Part shown: positions 23,801 to 37,929 of the stretch, one piece after another
How positions within the stretch are numbered: position 1 is the stretch's first letter
How the letters are laid out: each line of letters starts with the position of its first letter
Assembly: GCA_036172245.1 (NCBI GenBank)
Contig: JAYWIR010000006.1
Coordinates: forward strand, 5,456,001 to 5,520,000
Length of the DNA: 64,000 nt
Origin: Raillietiella orientalis
Taxonomy: Eukaryota
Direction: 5' to 3'
Position numbers and translations under genes: made by a program
Notes under the pieces: generated by a model
The model's database searches: none
The model's input: the letters and a program-made list of their open reading frames with translations, nothing else
Told to the model about the DNA's origin: nothing

Positions 23801-26800
23801 CGAATGCGAATGATTGAGAGCTTCCGTGGTGAAGTCTTCATTCGTCTCAACGGGAAGCGGGCCCGTCGCGTCGGATTCGGGAATGGAGCACCAGGATGAT
23901 GATTCCTGCACACAGCCCGTCCGTCCAGAAAGTGGTATTCCGGGGAATTCTTAGAGAGAGCGCTCGCGCGCGGCTACCGTGCAGCCGTCCACCGAGTTAC
24001 GACGATCCCAGCAGGGAGGCGCGGGATGAGGGGAGTTCGCATCCATCCCAAGGCTCTGCTTACAATGAACAGTGAGGAGGGAGGGCACCAGTAGGGAGAA
24101 GCGTTTGAAAGTATGCAAGCGCATTCGAAGAGCGGTTCAAAACCTGCGGGAAACGGAAGCACAGTGCCATCTCGCGTGCGGCTGCGTGAAACTGGGATGG
24201 ATCGCACCAGGGTTGAACGGATGGATGTTGGTTGCTGCTGACAAAGGCCCGTTGCTTCCCGCCGAGTTGTCGCTTGCACGGCAGCCAAAGTGAGAACGCA
24301 GGCAGAAAATTTCCATCCGGAGGAGCAAACGGGCTCGAAGGGCAGCGTCACGTCCGAACAAGGCGCAACTAGGAGAGTTGTGTCAGATGCCCCCAGCATG
24401 GCCATTGCGAAGGTCAGTCCCTCAAGGTGTAGGCTGGGAATCGGGACATCGTGGTTCTGCGAACGTGCTTTTCTTTCCGCAGCTGCATTTCTGCTGAAAC
24501 TTTGGGATGATTCCCATGTGTGCATCGCTTTCGTGCGGCACTACCGAAGCCAAAAAGAAAGCAAGGAAAAAACGGAAACACACTGAGAAAAAGACGACGA
24601 CGGGACAGCAGCAGACAGAAAGTCTGGAATTTTGTTTCCACAGAAAGCAGTTTTTGACGGAATGTTTCCCCAGAACTGCGATCAGAGCCACCGGACGCAG
24701 GACAATCAGCAGGAAAACCTCTGCTGCTGCCTGGGTGTCAGCACCACTCGTCAGTAGTGTGAGAGGATGCTCCAGGAACAAAAACAGTAGCGGGCGAGAG
24801 ACGAATGGGCTGCAGACGGGCAATTCGGGCGGCCGAATGAAAGAGTGACGACTCGGAAACAGCGATTGCACATGCTACCAGCGCTGGGTCAACTGATGCT
24901 CAAGTCTCACTCAGCATTGCAAATTTGCTTCACAGCGCCTTTCCTTGTGGTCCTCCCCCGGTGACGCATAACGGCAAAAAAAGCCAAGAGTGGAGTGGAA
25001 CCGTAAATTTGATCCTCACGATGCGTATCCGTAAAGTGATGTGTTTGCTTGGACGCAGGTGCAGCAGGTTTATTTATTTTTATGTTTTTGGCTTTCGAAG
25101 AATGGAAGTGGAACCCTACCGCAAGTCTTGGTTGTTTTCTGACACTTCAACCAGTTTAAGCACTGGGAGTCATGGGAGCAGGGGCACCCTGTGGACAAGA
25201 GTACGGAAAGATACTTCCCGATGAGCACACAGTACGCTGGAATGGAAAAAAAAATTAAGCGATGATCGAAAGTTGTGCAGTCTTGGAGGGATGAAACGGT
25301 CCAGAGAGTTGCTGAGTGCAGACCAGCTGGACCACTCTACCTGCACAACTGAAACCTTTCCCGGATTCTTCCTGGACGCATTTTTTGGATATGCACTGGT
25401 CCGATGCTGTGCAGGGACACCCACTGGGGCGCAGCCATCTTTGGGAGCAGCCAGAATCTGGAAAACGAGAGGCATTTCTCCACCTTGGCTTCCGTGGAAA
25501 CGAAGGAAATGGCGCGTCGGAAGAGGAACGACCGGCACCGTGGCGGGCAGTGGCACTGCCGCACGAGCGGGCAGCGAGGGTTGCCTCCGAGATGGTGGCT
25601 CGCCCGAAACGCAGCCAGCTCGGAACGGGGGCGTCGTACAAACAGGGAACTTTCACGACAAGGTCCCGCGTTTCCTTGGCCTTACCTGTGCAGCGGTGTT
25701 TCCGACAGTGGTCCTCGCAATCGCGGTTGGCAGAACAGGGGCAGCCGGGCAGTCTTGGGGCAGTCAGGCAGTTCACTGCAGTTGAAGAAAGAGATGAAGA
25801 CTTGCTCTCGTCAACTCAGCGCACGTTCTTAAAAGCATCGGTGCACAAAGGTCCGTACCGCATATTTTATTCCATCTTTTCCTTCCGCAAACGCCGTGCT
25901 TGCAGTCCCCTGGAGAGCTGCACTTGCAGAAAGGAGCCTTTGGTTTCAAATTGCAAGAAGAATCTACACAGTGACATAGATGGATTGGAAGATTTTGGCG
26001 CCTTCTCCGTCATATGCAAAAAAAACGTTTCCGCGTTTCGCGCATACGCCGCAAGCAAAACCGACCAGAGGCACCGGCGAATCGCTGCTGCACATCGCAC
26101 GCATGCGACAGCTCGCCGGAACGCGAAGAGCGGATTACGAAGAACACAGAAGAGGAATGGCGACGAAGCCAAATGAGTTCCGCCGAACCGAAGAACGGTA
26201 ATCTTCTTTGCACGATCGAACTCTGAGGCGGGAAGGGATGGGGGGGGAAGAAAAGCCATTAGTCTCCTCAGCTTTGCCTCAACGGTCTGGTCCACACCGA
26301 AGCGCGCATCGTAACCCTTTCTGAAGCACTCACAGCATGTTCCGAATGTTGCTCCTGTCTCCAGCTTCACGCAGAACTTGGACTCGCAGTGCTCGTTGGA
26401 TACGCAGGCACAACCGTCGCCTTTCTCTCCGGAACACAAGTCTACGAGAAGAAAGGAGGATCAAGAGAGTTTCCTGAGAAAAAGTCGACCGGTGAACCCA
26501 TCCCAGGAATTTCACGACTATTGCTGGAGAGGTCTGAACCGCGTTCGCACAACGTACCTTCGCCGCCACCGCAAGTCAGCCCTCCTGTTTCCGGGTCCCT
26601 CTTGCAGATGTTGAAGCATTCTTCGGGAAAACTACAGGGGCATCCATCCGGAGAAGGTACAAGACAACCTGACATCGCACTCTTTCTTCAGCGTTTCATG
26701 AAATTAAAGACACACCGCAAGCTTTCCCGCTGCAGAAGTGCTGTTCGCACTCCTCGTCTTGGGTGCAAGGACATCCGGGAGCCTTTATGATTTGCTGGCA

Positions 26801-29800
26801 AATTCCTGGTCCAGGAAAAGCATTCGGAAGCAGAGTCAGGGTGAGAGATGAAAGGAAACGAAAGCGTGAAAGCAGCAGGTCGGGGGTCACCTTCGACAAC
26901 CTCCATCGCACACGTATCCTCCTTTGTCGTGAACTATGCAGACTTTGCATCTGGGATTGCAAGGACAGCCTCCACCGCCAGGACACACTAAACCGAGCGT
27001 TGGGTTGGATCAAAAATTTTCACAGCAATACCGGAGCACTTTTTGAAGTCGTCGAGAACAGCGAGGCATTCCATGCCCGCACAGCTTGTCGCGTCGTCGC
27101 AGGGGCAGCCCTCCTTGTTCCCAGGGACACACGCGTCCGCGAATGCTGGAGGCCAAACGAGCGTGTTCCGTGGCAGATTAGGTCAGATGAGCCAACAGAA
27201 CACTTACCGCAATTATTCTCCACACAGAGAGAGTACAGGCAGTGGCTCGGGTGCCCGCATTCGCACAAGGGCGGCTTTGCAGCCATTGCTTCGCACACCT
27301 CTGATTGGGAAGACGGGCGTTGCATTCCGGATCGTACGTTGCAAACAGTGTCGTACTGACCGTTTACTGGGGCGCAGATATTCTTGATGCATTTTAAGCT
27401 GAGGCAGGAATATTTCCTATCGCAGGGACAGACAGCGCTCATGGGCGCCTTCATGCAGTTTCCTGCAAAGTACGGTTCGGGTCCGAGCGTGCTCGTACGC
27501 TTGCTGTTTCCGTGCACTTTCTTTCAACTGCGTGCCCGACAGATCGCACTGGCAAGGTCGAACAGTGGCGACGGCCGTAATGGAAGCGCAAGGGAAACGC
27601 TGCTCACCGCAGAAACCGAGTCCTTTGTGGGATATGCAATGGCCTCGGCAAAAAGTTCCTTTTCCTTCTCAAGGGCAGCCAGGGGCGCCGACGAATTTGC
27701 AGAGTGTATCTGGAAGTAATCATTCCGCGATCGGATAGGTCCAACGCCTCTTTCCGCTTCCAGGAATCGAGCAGTGGCGCGGCGGTCCCGTGAGCAAGCC
27801 CGCCGCCGCTCTGGCGTTCCCGGAGTGAATGTGCTCGCTTACCTGGAACGCACTCCATTTCACTCAGGTTGCACGCTCCCTCGCAGCGATGGGAGCTGCT
27901 GCAGGAGCAGCCTGGCGCGAAGGGCAACTCGCACTTTTCTGGAATCCCACCGAAGCAGGCGTGGGGGAGGGGGCACACACCAAAGGGAGCTCAATCCACG
28001 CACACGCTTCCGCTCTTGCAGCCGTCATCACGCTTGCAGTCGCAGCTTTTCTTGCCGCGCGCCTTCGTAGCCGTCACTGCTGGGAAAAAGAGGAGAGTCC
28101 CCCGGAAGGCGCAAAGAGGACCGGCGCTCTCGAGCTCTCGCGAGGGCATTTCGGATTCCGCAGATGTGTGAACGCGAGCCACACACGCATGCCGAATGCG
28201 AACTGAGACACAGTATTTTCGCGTGCCTTGTTTCTTCTCAGAATTTCACGATTCTGAAAATCAAGAGCATACTTGGGGGTTTCATGGGAAGGTTCGAAGA
28301 GGAAAATTCATCATTGAAGAAGTGGCCCACACGGTCTGGGAGCAGAGGGCATGCGGCTATTCGACTTCACTTACCGCATCTTCCTTTGAAGCACATCCTG
28401 CAAGCACACTGATCATGTGCCGTGCAACCGCACTCCGGGGGGAACGGCGGGTTTGGTGGGCACACCAAGCGACCTACGGCATCGTGTCTTTAGTGGTAAT
28501 TCCAAACTGGTGAGCAACACGTTTACAACGAAGCTGCTTGCAAGCGGAGCGCATATGGCCTCTTGAGGATACGCAGTCACAGAAGAATAGAACTGAATGT
28601 CCGAATAAAGGGAATGTTCCTTCCCTTCGGATGCATAAGAAAGCTCAGCATAAGCACGAGAGCACGCGTTTCTAACCGGAGGTTTGTGACCTTTGAAGAA
28701 GCATTCTTGACTCTCTCTTGGTCACTTTGCTGTTGTAGACGAACCTATCTGCAAACATCGACTCTCAAAACATCGATGATCGTGTCCGTCCGGACCCGAA
28801 CTCTGGAAGATACTCACTGCATATTCCTTCTATGCATCTGAGAGATCGATCGCAGTCCTCACGCTTTTCGCATTGGCAGTACTCTCCACGCAAATCCGTG
28901 CGGCAGATATCTAGAAGGAAGGGGACAACTTTCATTTTCATCAGGAGCAACTCGGGCGGGTCATTGGGAGGGGCGCTTAAGGAACCAGGTCAAGGGATGC
29001 GCGCATCCGTTCGTACCACAGGCTCCTCCAATGCACGTTCCGCTGGCGCAGTGGAAACTCGAGGTACAAGGGCAGTGGGGGAAAAGTACTTTTTCTGTGC
29101 ATGCGTCTTCTTCACCGTCAGAGAAACTTATCCCATTTGGTACTTTTTGGTTACCATCTCACCGCAAACTCCGCTGAAGTCGTCGTGGTATTTGCAGACC
29201 AGCCTCTCCTTGCAGCTTGAAGGAACTGCGCACGGGCACTTTAACGGTGCTGGGTACTCGCAGCTTACCGGTGGAAAAAATATATCTTTGGAATTTTCGA
29301 CAAACGGTTCACGTACTGCATGGACAACCTTTACCACAGTATTTGGGATGAGGACAGAGGCAGGTGCTCTTCGTAGACTCGCACGAAGCTGATGGTGCTT
29401 TCGGAAGGAAGAAAGGATTACAAGGGTGAATTCAAAGAAAGATTGCGTGTGGGAACACTCTTTGCTGTACTTTGGTGCGCGAAGAGGAGATTTTCTTGGA
29501 TGGATTCAGAAGACACGTGACAACCACTAGCATGAATTCGACAGTTGGTTCTACATTTCCGAAAATCTTCGGAATCTGTGCAAGGAGGAAAGAATTATGG
29601 AAGTGATCCAAAGATTCCAGACAGCCGAAATCGAAGCTGATTGATAGGGGGAGAGAGAGGAAAAAGCAACGCAATCGGCGACGACTTTGAAAAAATTTTC
29701 TTTCTTGTTCACGGTTGGTGAGAGAAACCCTTGGGCACCTGCGGATGTGAAGCAATTGTGAGAGCATCGACTCTACGCATCCTACGCAGAACTGCACTTC

Positions 29801-31085
29801 TGTAACCGCTTGTAACGTGTCAAGCGTTTAGCTATTTTTCAGAAGCTGAATCGAGAATTTCAAAAAGAATAAAAGCTCACCACATATTCCTTTCATCGCA
29901 GTCTTCACGCAGGTGTAGTTCGATGGACACAAGTTACCTACATGGGAACCTGGATCCGCTGAACAGTAGTTTACTAGAAAAAATGGGACAGACACCGAGT
30001 TGGTTAATGCATGTACTCTTGTCAGCACAAAAATCCGAAAACGCAAGCAGCAAAGAGCTGCAGCATTTGCCAACTACTAGCTGTTAGCATCTCACACAGC
30101 ATGCGTGAAAGTCACCAAGGACGTGGTGGGACTTGGAGATGACCCATCACGACCGATGGCGTTTTCAGCTTCACTTCTGCCGCTGGCAGCAAGTTTCATT
30201 CAAACGGGAACCGCGAGCCATGCCTTCAGGCAAACAGGAATCATCCGACCCCCCTGGAAGCAGGGAAGGACTGCCGCTGCATCTGTGAATCTCATGATCC
30301 ACTCTGCAAATGGGAGCATAGCACGTGTGCATCGCTATCTTGTAGAGGTTTCCGCGGGACGGGAGGGATCGCGGGCGAGCTCTCTTCGAAAACTTGGCCA
30401 TCTTACTGCACATTGCTGCCTTTGAGTCGCACTTCCCATGGCAGTTATCAGGAACAGTGCATGCGCAGTTACTTCCTCCTGGCTCTTCGTGACAGGGCAC
30501 TGGCAAAGGAATACACACACACTGTGTGAAAAAGACGTCAGTGAATCGGCAGCTTTTGCGTTGAGCGCATTACAAGTTGTCGCATTCATCGCACCGCCTT
30601 GTTGCGTGCAGAACCCTATCGTAACTGTCGTGCCAATCGCGCTCCCTCAACTCAGTTTGGCCAGATTTCAACCCCCATCCCACACCACCTTCGTACCGTC
30701 CACAGCATTTATCCGATTCACGAAACCTTCAGAACTATTGAATAGGCGAGGAGCAGGAGGCATCGCGTCCCTGGAAAACGAGGGGCGGGAAGCCGTGGCG
30801 CTCGGACTGCCGCTTTACACCGAAAAGGTGTGACTTTTGCTGGATCAAGTTCGGGAACATGTGCTGCACAGCTTTCCGCGTGAGCGGGATCATACGGACG
30901 TTTCACGCGAGCGCTACCCCATCCCCCAAATATGCGTGAATGACTGAGAGCGAAAATCGAAGGACAAGAAATGTGTGTAATGGCTCACCGCATCTTTTTT
31001 CCTTGCACATGTGAGATGCACAGTCCTTGGGAGAAGAACAAAGGCAAGAAGGCGGCTTATACAATGGGAAAAATGCACACTCTGA
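20842..31085 (-). pseudogene. Large multi-exon cysteine-rich repeat type-I membrane protein gene (about 20 Cys-module exons, EGF-like exon, TM exon, tail) with in-frame TGA codons
   Basis: Phase-1 exons such as ECAFFPLYKPPSCLCSSPKDCASHMCKEKRC (~30990-31085), SCEYPAPLKCPCAVPSSCKERLVC, DICRTDLRGEYCQCEKREDC, GICQQIIKAPGCPCTQDEEC, CSGEKGDGCACVSNEHCESKFC, NCLTAPRLPGCPCSANRDC and EDCTVVPKPVGCPCEADSDCFNHC; ECPCLNGGKC (~22420-22450); TM TILLLIFLAVVFWFLLLFAFLCLSVFSL|gtaag (~22122-22206). Confidence 0.8.
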
Positions 31086-31099
31086 GGAGGGATACGCTG

Positions 31100-31243
31100 G
31101 AAAGCAACGAAACTCGAATCACATGAGCGAAATTACGTTGAAATCTTTTTATACTCTAACCAACTATTAAATGATGTCAACGCCCAAAAGCCTTTGGTCA
31201 CAAAGAGTAAGTCCCTTTAAGATTCAGTCTTTACGTTATCCAA
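31100..31243 (+). repeat. ~140-bp AT-rich direct repeat, copy 1
   Basis: gaaagcaa(c/t)gaaactcgaatcaca...aaagagtaagtccctttaagattcagtctttacgttatccaa recurs at 33310-33444. Confidence 0.9.
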
Positions 31244-31399
31244 AAGGAACCGTTCTCCATGTTCCGTTTCCATGCCACGCTCTTGAAAGTTTCCCCTGTA
31301 CTCTGCAACTCGGATACGCAGATCAAGCATCTGGATAGGTGCTTTTTGGGGCGAAAGTAGTAGTCTTGAACGGTTCAACGCTGCCGTCCTCATACCACT

Positions 31400-32330
31400 C
31401 TTGCAAGCCCTGGGCAAAACCTATGGCTTAAAACCAAACAGAAACGAACCCTCTTCCAGATCTCTGACAGAAGATCTGAGAGAGGAATAGTTCGAGGGTT
31501 GCAAACAAATTCTTAAAGGAGCCATCACTTCTCGGTAGCTAGGGAAATGGAGACGGACCTCTTTCTGCGAAAGAGAACGGAAACAGAAGGACTGAGATCT
31601 GATCGAAAGGGCTTCTTCAGCTGCTACTGGGAGATGTACCGCACTTGCGAGAACGAAACGATGCGAACGGTCTGTCCAAGCTTCGAGCTGCAGCGGCACC
31701 GTTTCGAAAAGCTTGAATTTCCCATCACCCTCACCGGATTCTTCGCCGAGACATTGTGGCATCGAGAGTGCAGTGATTTTTATGAAGGGACGTTGACACC
31801 ATTTGCCTGTATTGTGTTCACGGTGTGGAAGACCCGAGACATGGTGCATATGGCAAGAGAGAGAGTTCCTCACAGACAGTCCGATGGATTCCGCAAATTC
31901 TCTTCTTGTGGCTAAGGACCATTTTCCGACTAAGCCCATTTTTCCTTGAGTCTCTTGCTATGCGGAACCTGACGGCAAACTTGCACAAAAGAAGAAACAG
32001 TGTCAAAACGCTTGCGAAACCTGACAGCAAATTTCCCTGTACGCTGTGCAGGAGAATCAAATGTTCCCCATCAAAGGTACTAGCTGAATCCCTTTCATGC
32101 GAAGATTCTATCCTACACTGTCGAGGATTTGGGCCGCCCTTCCAAGGAGATGGTTGCCTCGTAGACGTGGTTATTCTTCGAGTTCCAACTGCCCAACTGA
32201 AAGCGCTTGTAAGGAGGAGTTCTGTCCTGAGAATGCAGGGATCAGGAGCGCGTGCTGATACCGAATTCCAAAAGGTTCCAGAGCTCAGATCGATCAAAAA
32301 ACTCGGTTGGCTCATCCTTCAGATGTGACG
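31400..32330 (+). pseudogene. Intronless BTB/BACK-family-like remnant
   Basis: SHHFSVAREMETDLFLRK...FFSCYW resembles the BACK pattern 'S..F..L....LL...F.A..W'; two long overlapping frameshifted ORFs. Confidence 0.3.
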
Positions 32331-33309
32331 CCCTTCGTTTACGGAAGGGTATAACTTTTTTTTTTTTTTTGTAGCAAAAGCTAAACCATTCCTTCTTGAG
32401 AGCTGCCGAATGCGAGCACCTTTTCTCATCTGCTTTCTTGTCTTCCGGAAAAAACTTTCTTTCTCCCCCTTCTGCTTCATCTCGACGGGTCGGTGGTCGG
32501 TTTAAGCCGGAGAATTTACGCAGAAGCTGTACGCAGTCACGTGAGATGCAGACCTCCACAGCGAGCGGTCTCATACGTCCCAACCACGGAGCGATTCGCG
32601 TGCCCTCATCGAACGAACGAATCACTCACTGCATTTTCCATCTCTGCATTCCAGTCCTGAAGTGCATCTTCCCAGTTCATTGCAAAGACAGAGCACAGAA
32701 CGTTCAGATTTTTCGCACTGCGGTCTTCTTTCTAAGGAGGACAGAAGTGATTCTTTGAACAGGCAAACTGGAACTTGCGAAAGGAAAACGGGGATTCAAA
32801 GTTTGCAAGGCATGGCGCGAGCCAAGTGCTCTAGGCGATTAGATTAGAATCTTCGGGTGCTTCGAGCGCGGCTCATTTGAGAGACAAAATGTCACGGGAA
32901 GCGAGCGAAGCTTCAAGGCATGTTCCACTAACCACAGAATCCTGAGGAGCATATCAGGGATGAGTCGCAATCCATGTTGGAATGACAAGGGCAATTTTCA
33001 GCTCCTAGAAAGCGGGTGCAGCTTTCTACGGAAAGAGGAAAAGGATTATCGAGTCAGTTTCGTGGAAACGCACGGGTCTTGCGAAAAAAAAAAAATAAAA
33101 AGTCCCCCCTTCCTCTCGCTCGGTGTGCTCTGAGAGGGAGGCAGCATCTTGGAGAATGGAACGAGTGAGTTTTCAGCAAGCTGGGTTTAGTTCGTGAATG
33201 ATGTAGCACAGAGCGACGTTAGGAGCTACACAGCGAACGATAATAACGGGAAATATGAGATCGAAAAATGTTGGGAAAATCATTCTTACACAAATCTCTC
33301 ATCAACAGA

Positions 33310-33444
33310 GAAAGCAATGAAACTCGAATCACACAAGCAGAGTTGCGCTGAAATCTTTTTATACTCTAACCAACTATTAGATGGTGTCTTGCCTTTGGTG
33401 ATAAAGAGTAAGTCCCTTTAAGATTCAGTCTTTACGTTATCCAA
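33310..33444 (+). repeat. ~140-bp AT-rich direct repeat, copy 2
   Basis: Matches 31100-31243. Confidence 0.9.
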
Positions 33445-34971
33445 TGAGTCTCTCTTGACGCGTGAGCATCTGTGCGGCCATGAGAAGCGTACAAGAGCTC
33501 CCGTTCACCAGCGCCTCGACAAAGTCCGCATTCACGATTGAGAGGAGGAGACGCAAGAGCATTTCCTCAGTCTTTTTGGATGCAGTTCCATACGTAAGAC
33601 CGAACACTTAAACTGTGTGCGTGCGTGAGCGCGCGATTTTTCTAATCGTAACTGGATAGCAGTTTTCATGACACTTACCACAGTATCCCCGGAGGCAAGT
33701 CAAGCTATGGCATTCTCTTGGGTGCCTGCAATTACAGCCGATGTGTTTTATTCCAACACTGCAATCGGGAACTGAAAAGCATAAGTTTCAGCCTCCTAAG
33801 AAGGAGAGCGAGGCAAAATCTTAGTTTTGACCAAAACTGCACTTCTGTTGCTCTCTCAAATTCCTTCTGGACGCCGCTCTCGAAACCTCCGGGACACCTA
33901 TCTCGAAGCTCTGTTCGTACGCCTTGCAATACAGCGTTTCAGCGTCCAAGCGAGACATCCTCGTGAAGGGTCTGCTTGTTTTGGATGCGAAAGGGAACGC
34001 GCTTTTCACCAGCCCAGCTCGTTCCGTTATTTTGGAAGGAACGAACTACTACTACAGACGCACTACTTTCTGCGTGGTGGAACGGTGAAAAACTTCCTGT
34101 GTCGTGGAGCTTCTCCGCCCCACGCTCTCAGAGGTTCAAACAGAAGTTTGAGTTTCCCGTTCAAAGAATCGTTCGCTTGAGGAGGATCTGTGTTCCGAGT
34201 TGCCGCCGATCGCCGTTTCTTTTGCTCATCATGAGTGGAAGGGTAAAGTGGAAAAGCAGCTGGGAGAAAATTGCTTGACCGTTTCCTGCAGCCTTTCTCG
34301 AACCCTCTCCCGTTTCGGTGGCACTCGCAACGAGATGCTACAGTCGAGGAACACTGGAAATCAAGGTGAGCGCGAGATTCCCGATTCGCCTGAGGAACCC
34401 CGACTTTGAAGAGAAAGTGCGCACGCATATGTTCCACGGACATGTTGTCCTGGCTCTGTCACTTGTGGATTGCACACTCGAACGTGTAGCAAGTTTGGAA
34501 GCAGTGTTTCTTAGCAGAAGAAACACTGCTGCCCGTGATTCTTGTGAAGAATACCAGCTAAAGAATCATTAATTTTCTGGATTGGGCTTTAAACAAATGC
34601 TGTATGTATTTCACAAATGAATTTCCTCACATTCCTTCCTTGATTTTCTTCGCATGCCTCTAGCTCTTTCTGCGACCGCAATCCTCCTGGGAGCCGTCTA
34701 TTGTTTGGGCGCATTTCCGTCTAATGTGAATATGCGTTCCTTTCTTCCCAGCGGCACGGGTGGACTTGAAGAGGGGCGGCATCTCGCAAAATAAAATTGC
34801 CCAATCTTCTTCGACTGGATGCTCGCGAAAAATCTTTCTGCGTGATCATCGGATGGTTTGCGGGATCTCGAACATTGTTCACGGCAAATTTCGATGAGAC
34901 GGCTATCGCTCTCCCGTCAGTTACCAAGCGTTTGGAGGCACGGGTTGGGGCAGGCAAGAAAATGGGGCAGT

Positions 34972-35019
34972 ACTCGGAAAAGTACTTGCCCGAATTCCCG
35001 GGCAAGTACTTTTCCGAGT
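34972..35019. repeat. Perfect 21-bp inverted repeat with a 6-nt loop
   Basis: actcggaaaagtacttgcccg-aattcc-cgggcaagtacttttccgagt. Confidence 0.95.
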
Positions 35020-37929
35020 TTCAGCGTTCTTGGAGTGCTGGCCGCTTGATGCGCTTTCCGATTCCGTTTAGAGTCTCGAGTTTAGAGCCTTCGGTGCCCG
35101 TAAGCACTGTTTTCAGCTCTGCGCTCTTTTTAGCACCCACGCTATTCATTTCAATTCTCAGGAGTTCGGATAAACTAACCAATCTCACGGAGAATTAGGA
35201 CAAGTGGCCTTTCGCGACTCGCAGGGCCTACGCAAAGCTTGGATGAGAGGAAAAACGGAAGCTAGTCTTAGAGTGTCCACTGCGTGAAAACAGCGCCTAG
35301 AAGTGAAGTGCCATGGCAAGGGGAAGTGGCCTTGGTAATTCCTTGTTTCTTCTTTCCCCATTTTGCGGGCGACGGAGCAGTGGATGAATCTCAGGCCAAC
35401 AACGAACTGTCCGAGACTGAGAGCAGCTCACTACTAATGGTAATTGCCACTGTTCTCCTTTGTTATTCTGACACACGGGTTGACTGTCCTGATTTTTCCG
35501 CATTTCACGCGCCCTGAGGGTGAATCTTCCCTTGATCAGTTCGGTGTAGCGAAACAGTCGCAACGTTGGCAAAGTGACAAGGGCACTCCCCTCTCTACGG
35601 CTGCCAGCCTCTTTGCCACGATCCAAACTCTTCGTGAACCTGAGAGCGCCTGTGCAGGCGGTCTGCTGGAAGTGCCTGCCACCGGACATTCCGAAGGACC
35701 TCCCCCTCGTGTTCAGTTACAGAGGTATCCTGAGCGGCAACCGACAAGTTCTGCAAGGCACGTGGAGACGAAGCAACCCGGCTCGACGTGTTCACCTGCC
35801 CAGCGCAATGCCTGCTTGCAAATGCAGGCAAAGATGGAAACACCGCGGGGGCATGTTAGGAGGAAACAGCATCGCGTCCCCGGCACTCACGGTAAGAACG
35901 CCCACTTTCCATCTTCATCACCAGCACGGTGATAAGAAGAGACGAGAATGACGGGCAAGCTCAACAACAGCAGGCATAGAGATTTTAAGCGGCCTGATGG
36001 GAAAGGAGATAGCCATCACCAGAGCTGCGGCGAAACCCCATCCTGGGCATACCTGGGAAAGCTAGATGATGATGTCCTTCTCCAAGACACTCTCAGTAAC
36101 CCCCAGTGGAAATGAATTTCACGGAACGAGTGCCCCGAACAGCTCCGAATGGAACGGACGCTCTCCCTTTTCGTAATGTTCTCGTAAATAAGTAGCCACC
36201 GCAAATTTACCGCACCGCTTGTCTCACCTAAAGAAAGTTGGAGTGATCGGATGTTCACTCTTAAGCTGAAAACCGGAAACGGCAACGAGGTGAACCCGGA
36301 CACGCGGGGAAAACGAGTCTCTTGCCCTTGCGCGCGCAAGTACGAAAGATCAGCTTCAAAAAACGAACTTTTTTCCTTGGCAAATAGTCACTTACCGCAT
36401 CTGAGCATGCCATCAACGTTCCAACATTTATAATCCGGTGCACACGGGCATGGGCAATTTTTGCCTCCCCAGGAAGGAATGCAAACATCTGTAATAATAA
36501 TAATGCATGAGAGTGAAAATCTAGAGCTGGGGTGCATGAATGCAGGCGCTGAGGGCAAATGAAAAAGGGAAAAAAAATGAATTCAATTCGTCCTTTGTGT
36601 GGCTCTTTTGCTTTCGCTTTTGCTTCTCTAGAAAATTCCAACGCTGCAAGACTCTGAGAGAAGGAAAAGCAGGATCCCATATTCATGAGACTGCTTTGAG
36701 CGAGAATAGCGGGAGACACAGAATACAAGTGACCAAAGTCGGGGTCATCGCTAACGCTGACGTTTTCAGACAACACGAGGATTTGACGGCAAAACAAAAA
36801 CTGAAATGCAAGCGGGAGGCAAGCACATTCACAACTGCCGTTCTTGCCAGATCGTGACAACAGAAATCATTATATTCTCTTTCCGTTGCTGCTGTTGTTG
36901 TTTTGCTCTTTCTCAGTAAAACATGTCTGGTTCTTTGATTTTCCCTCGAAATCCGACTTTCAGAAACTCCCGGAACGCGCGCCAACAAATTCGATCTCTT
37001 CCAGAGGAATAAAGCAAAGTGGAAACTCACCGCACTTTCTCGCAGAACATGATTTGATGGTACAGTCCTTGGGTTTCGAGCATGGACAAGAAGGTGGCAA
37101 AGGTATCGAAGTACAAGTGACTTCTGGTGTAGAAAATGCACATGCATCAGGTCTCGAAGAAATGAAAACAAATTCACTAAAAGTCGCACAGAGGCTAAGC
37201 ATCTTAAGCCCCCATCGAAACTCCGTGAAGCTCGAACAAGCAAATAATTACAAGTTTGCTCGCGGTCTTTCAAAGACTTACCGCATTCCCCGCTCGAGCA
37301 GCTGTAACCTGGGTGGCAGTCCAACTCTGTACGACATTTTCTTGTGGCTTCATCTGGAAAACCGAACGTCTGCTATGCACGAAACACTTTTAGGTTGAAA
37401 TCAGGCAAGCCTGTAAACGAAGCGGCTTTGTCACTCCTACTACTGACTAGCTTGCAGCATCACGCCTTTTCGCGATTGTAATCAATCCTTTTCGCGATCC
37501 TCAGAATCAAAACTCACGTACGTCAGGAACGGCAACGGAGTCGTGACTGCTGGTGATGGAGAGCGGATTGGTTGGTTGCTAAGGCAGCACACATCAGTTC
37601 AACTCAGAAGTGCTCCTCGTCCTTATGAGTCGAACGGCACGTCTCTCTTCCAAGATCTTGGCAAAAGCTTTTCCAGCCTCTGCTTTGAACGCACACCCCA
37701 CACCGGGCATAGTAAGCCATTAATTAGCATGCAGCATCAACAGACGGTAGAGTAAGATCTTTCGATGGGAGGTTTCTATCCGATTTCCTTTAACCGACTA
37801 CCTCGGCTTTCCGATTCGCCTCTGGACTTCCGCTTAAATCTAAACGCGCATTTTTTTTGTTTCCTTGCTACCCCACCTTGGAGTTTCCGTGAGAATTATC
37901 AGAACCGGGAACGAGTTACCGAAGTACCG

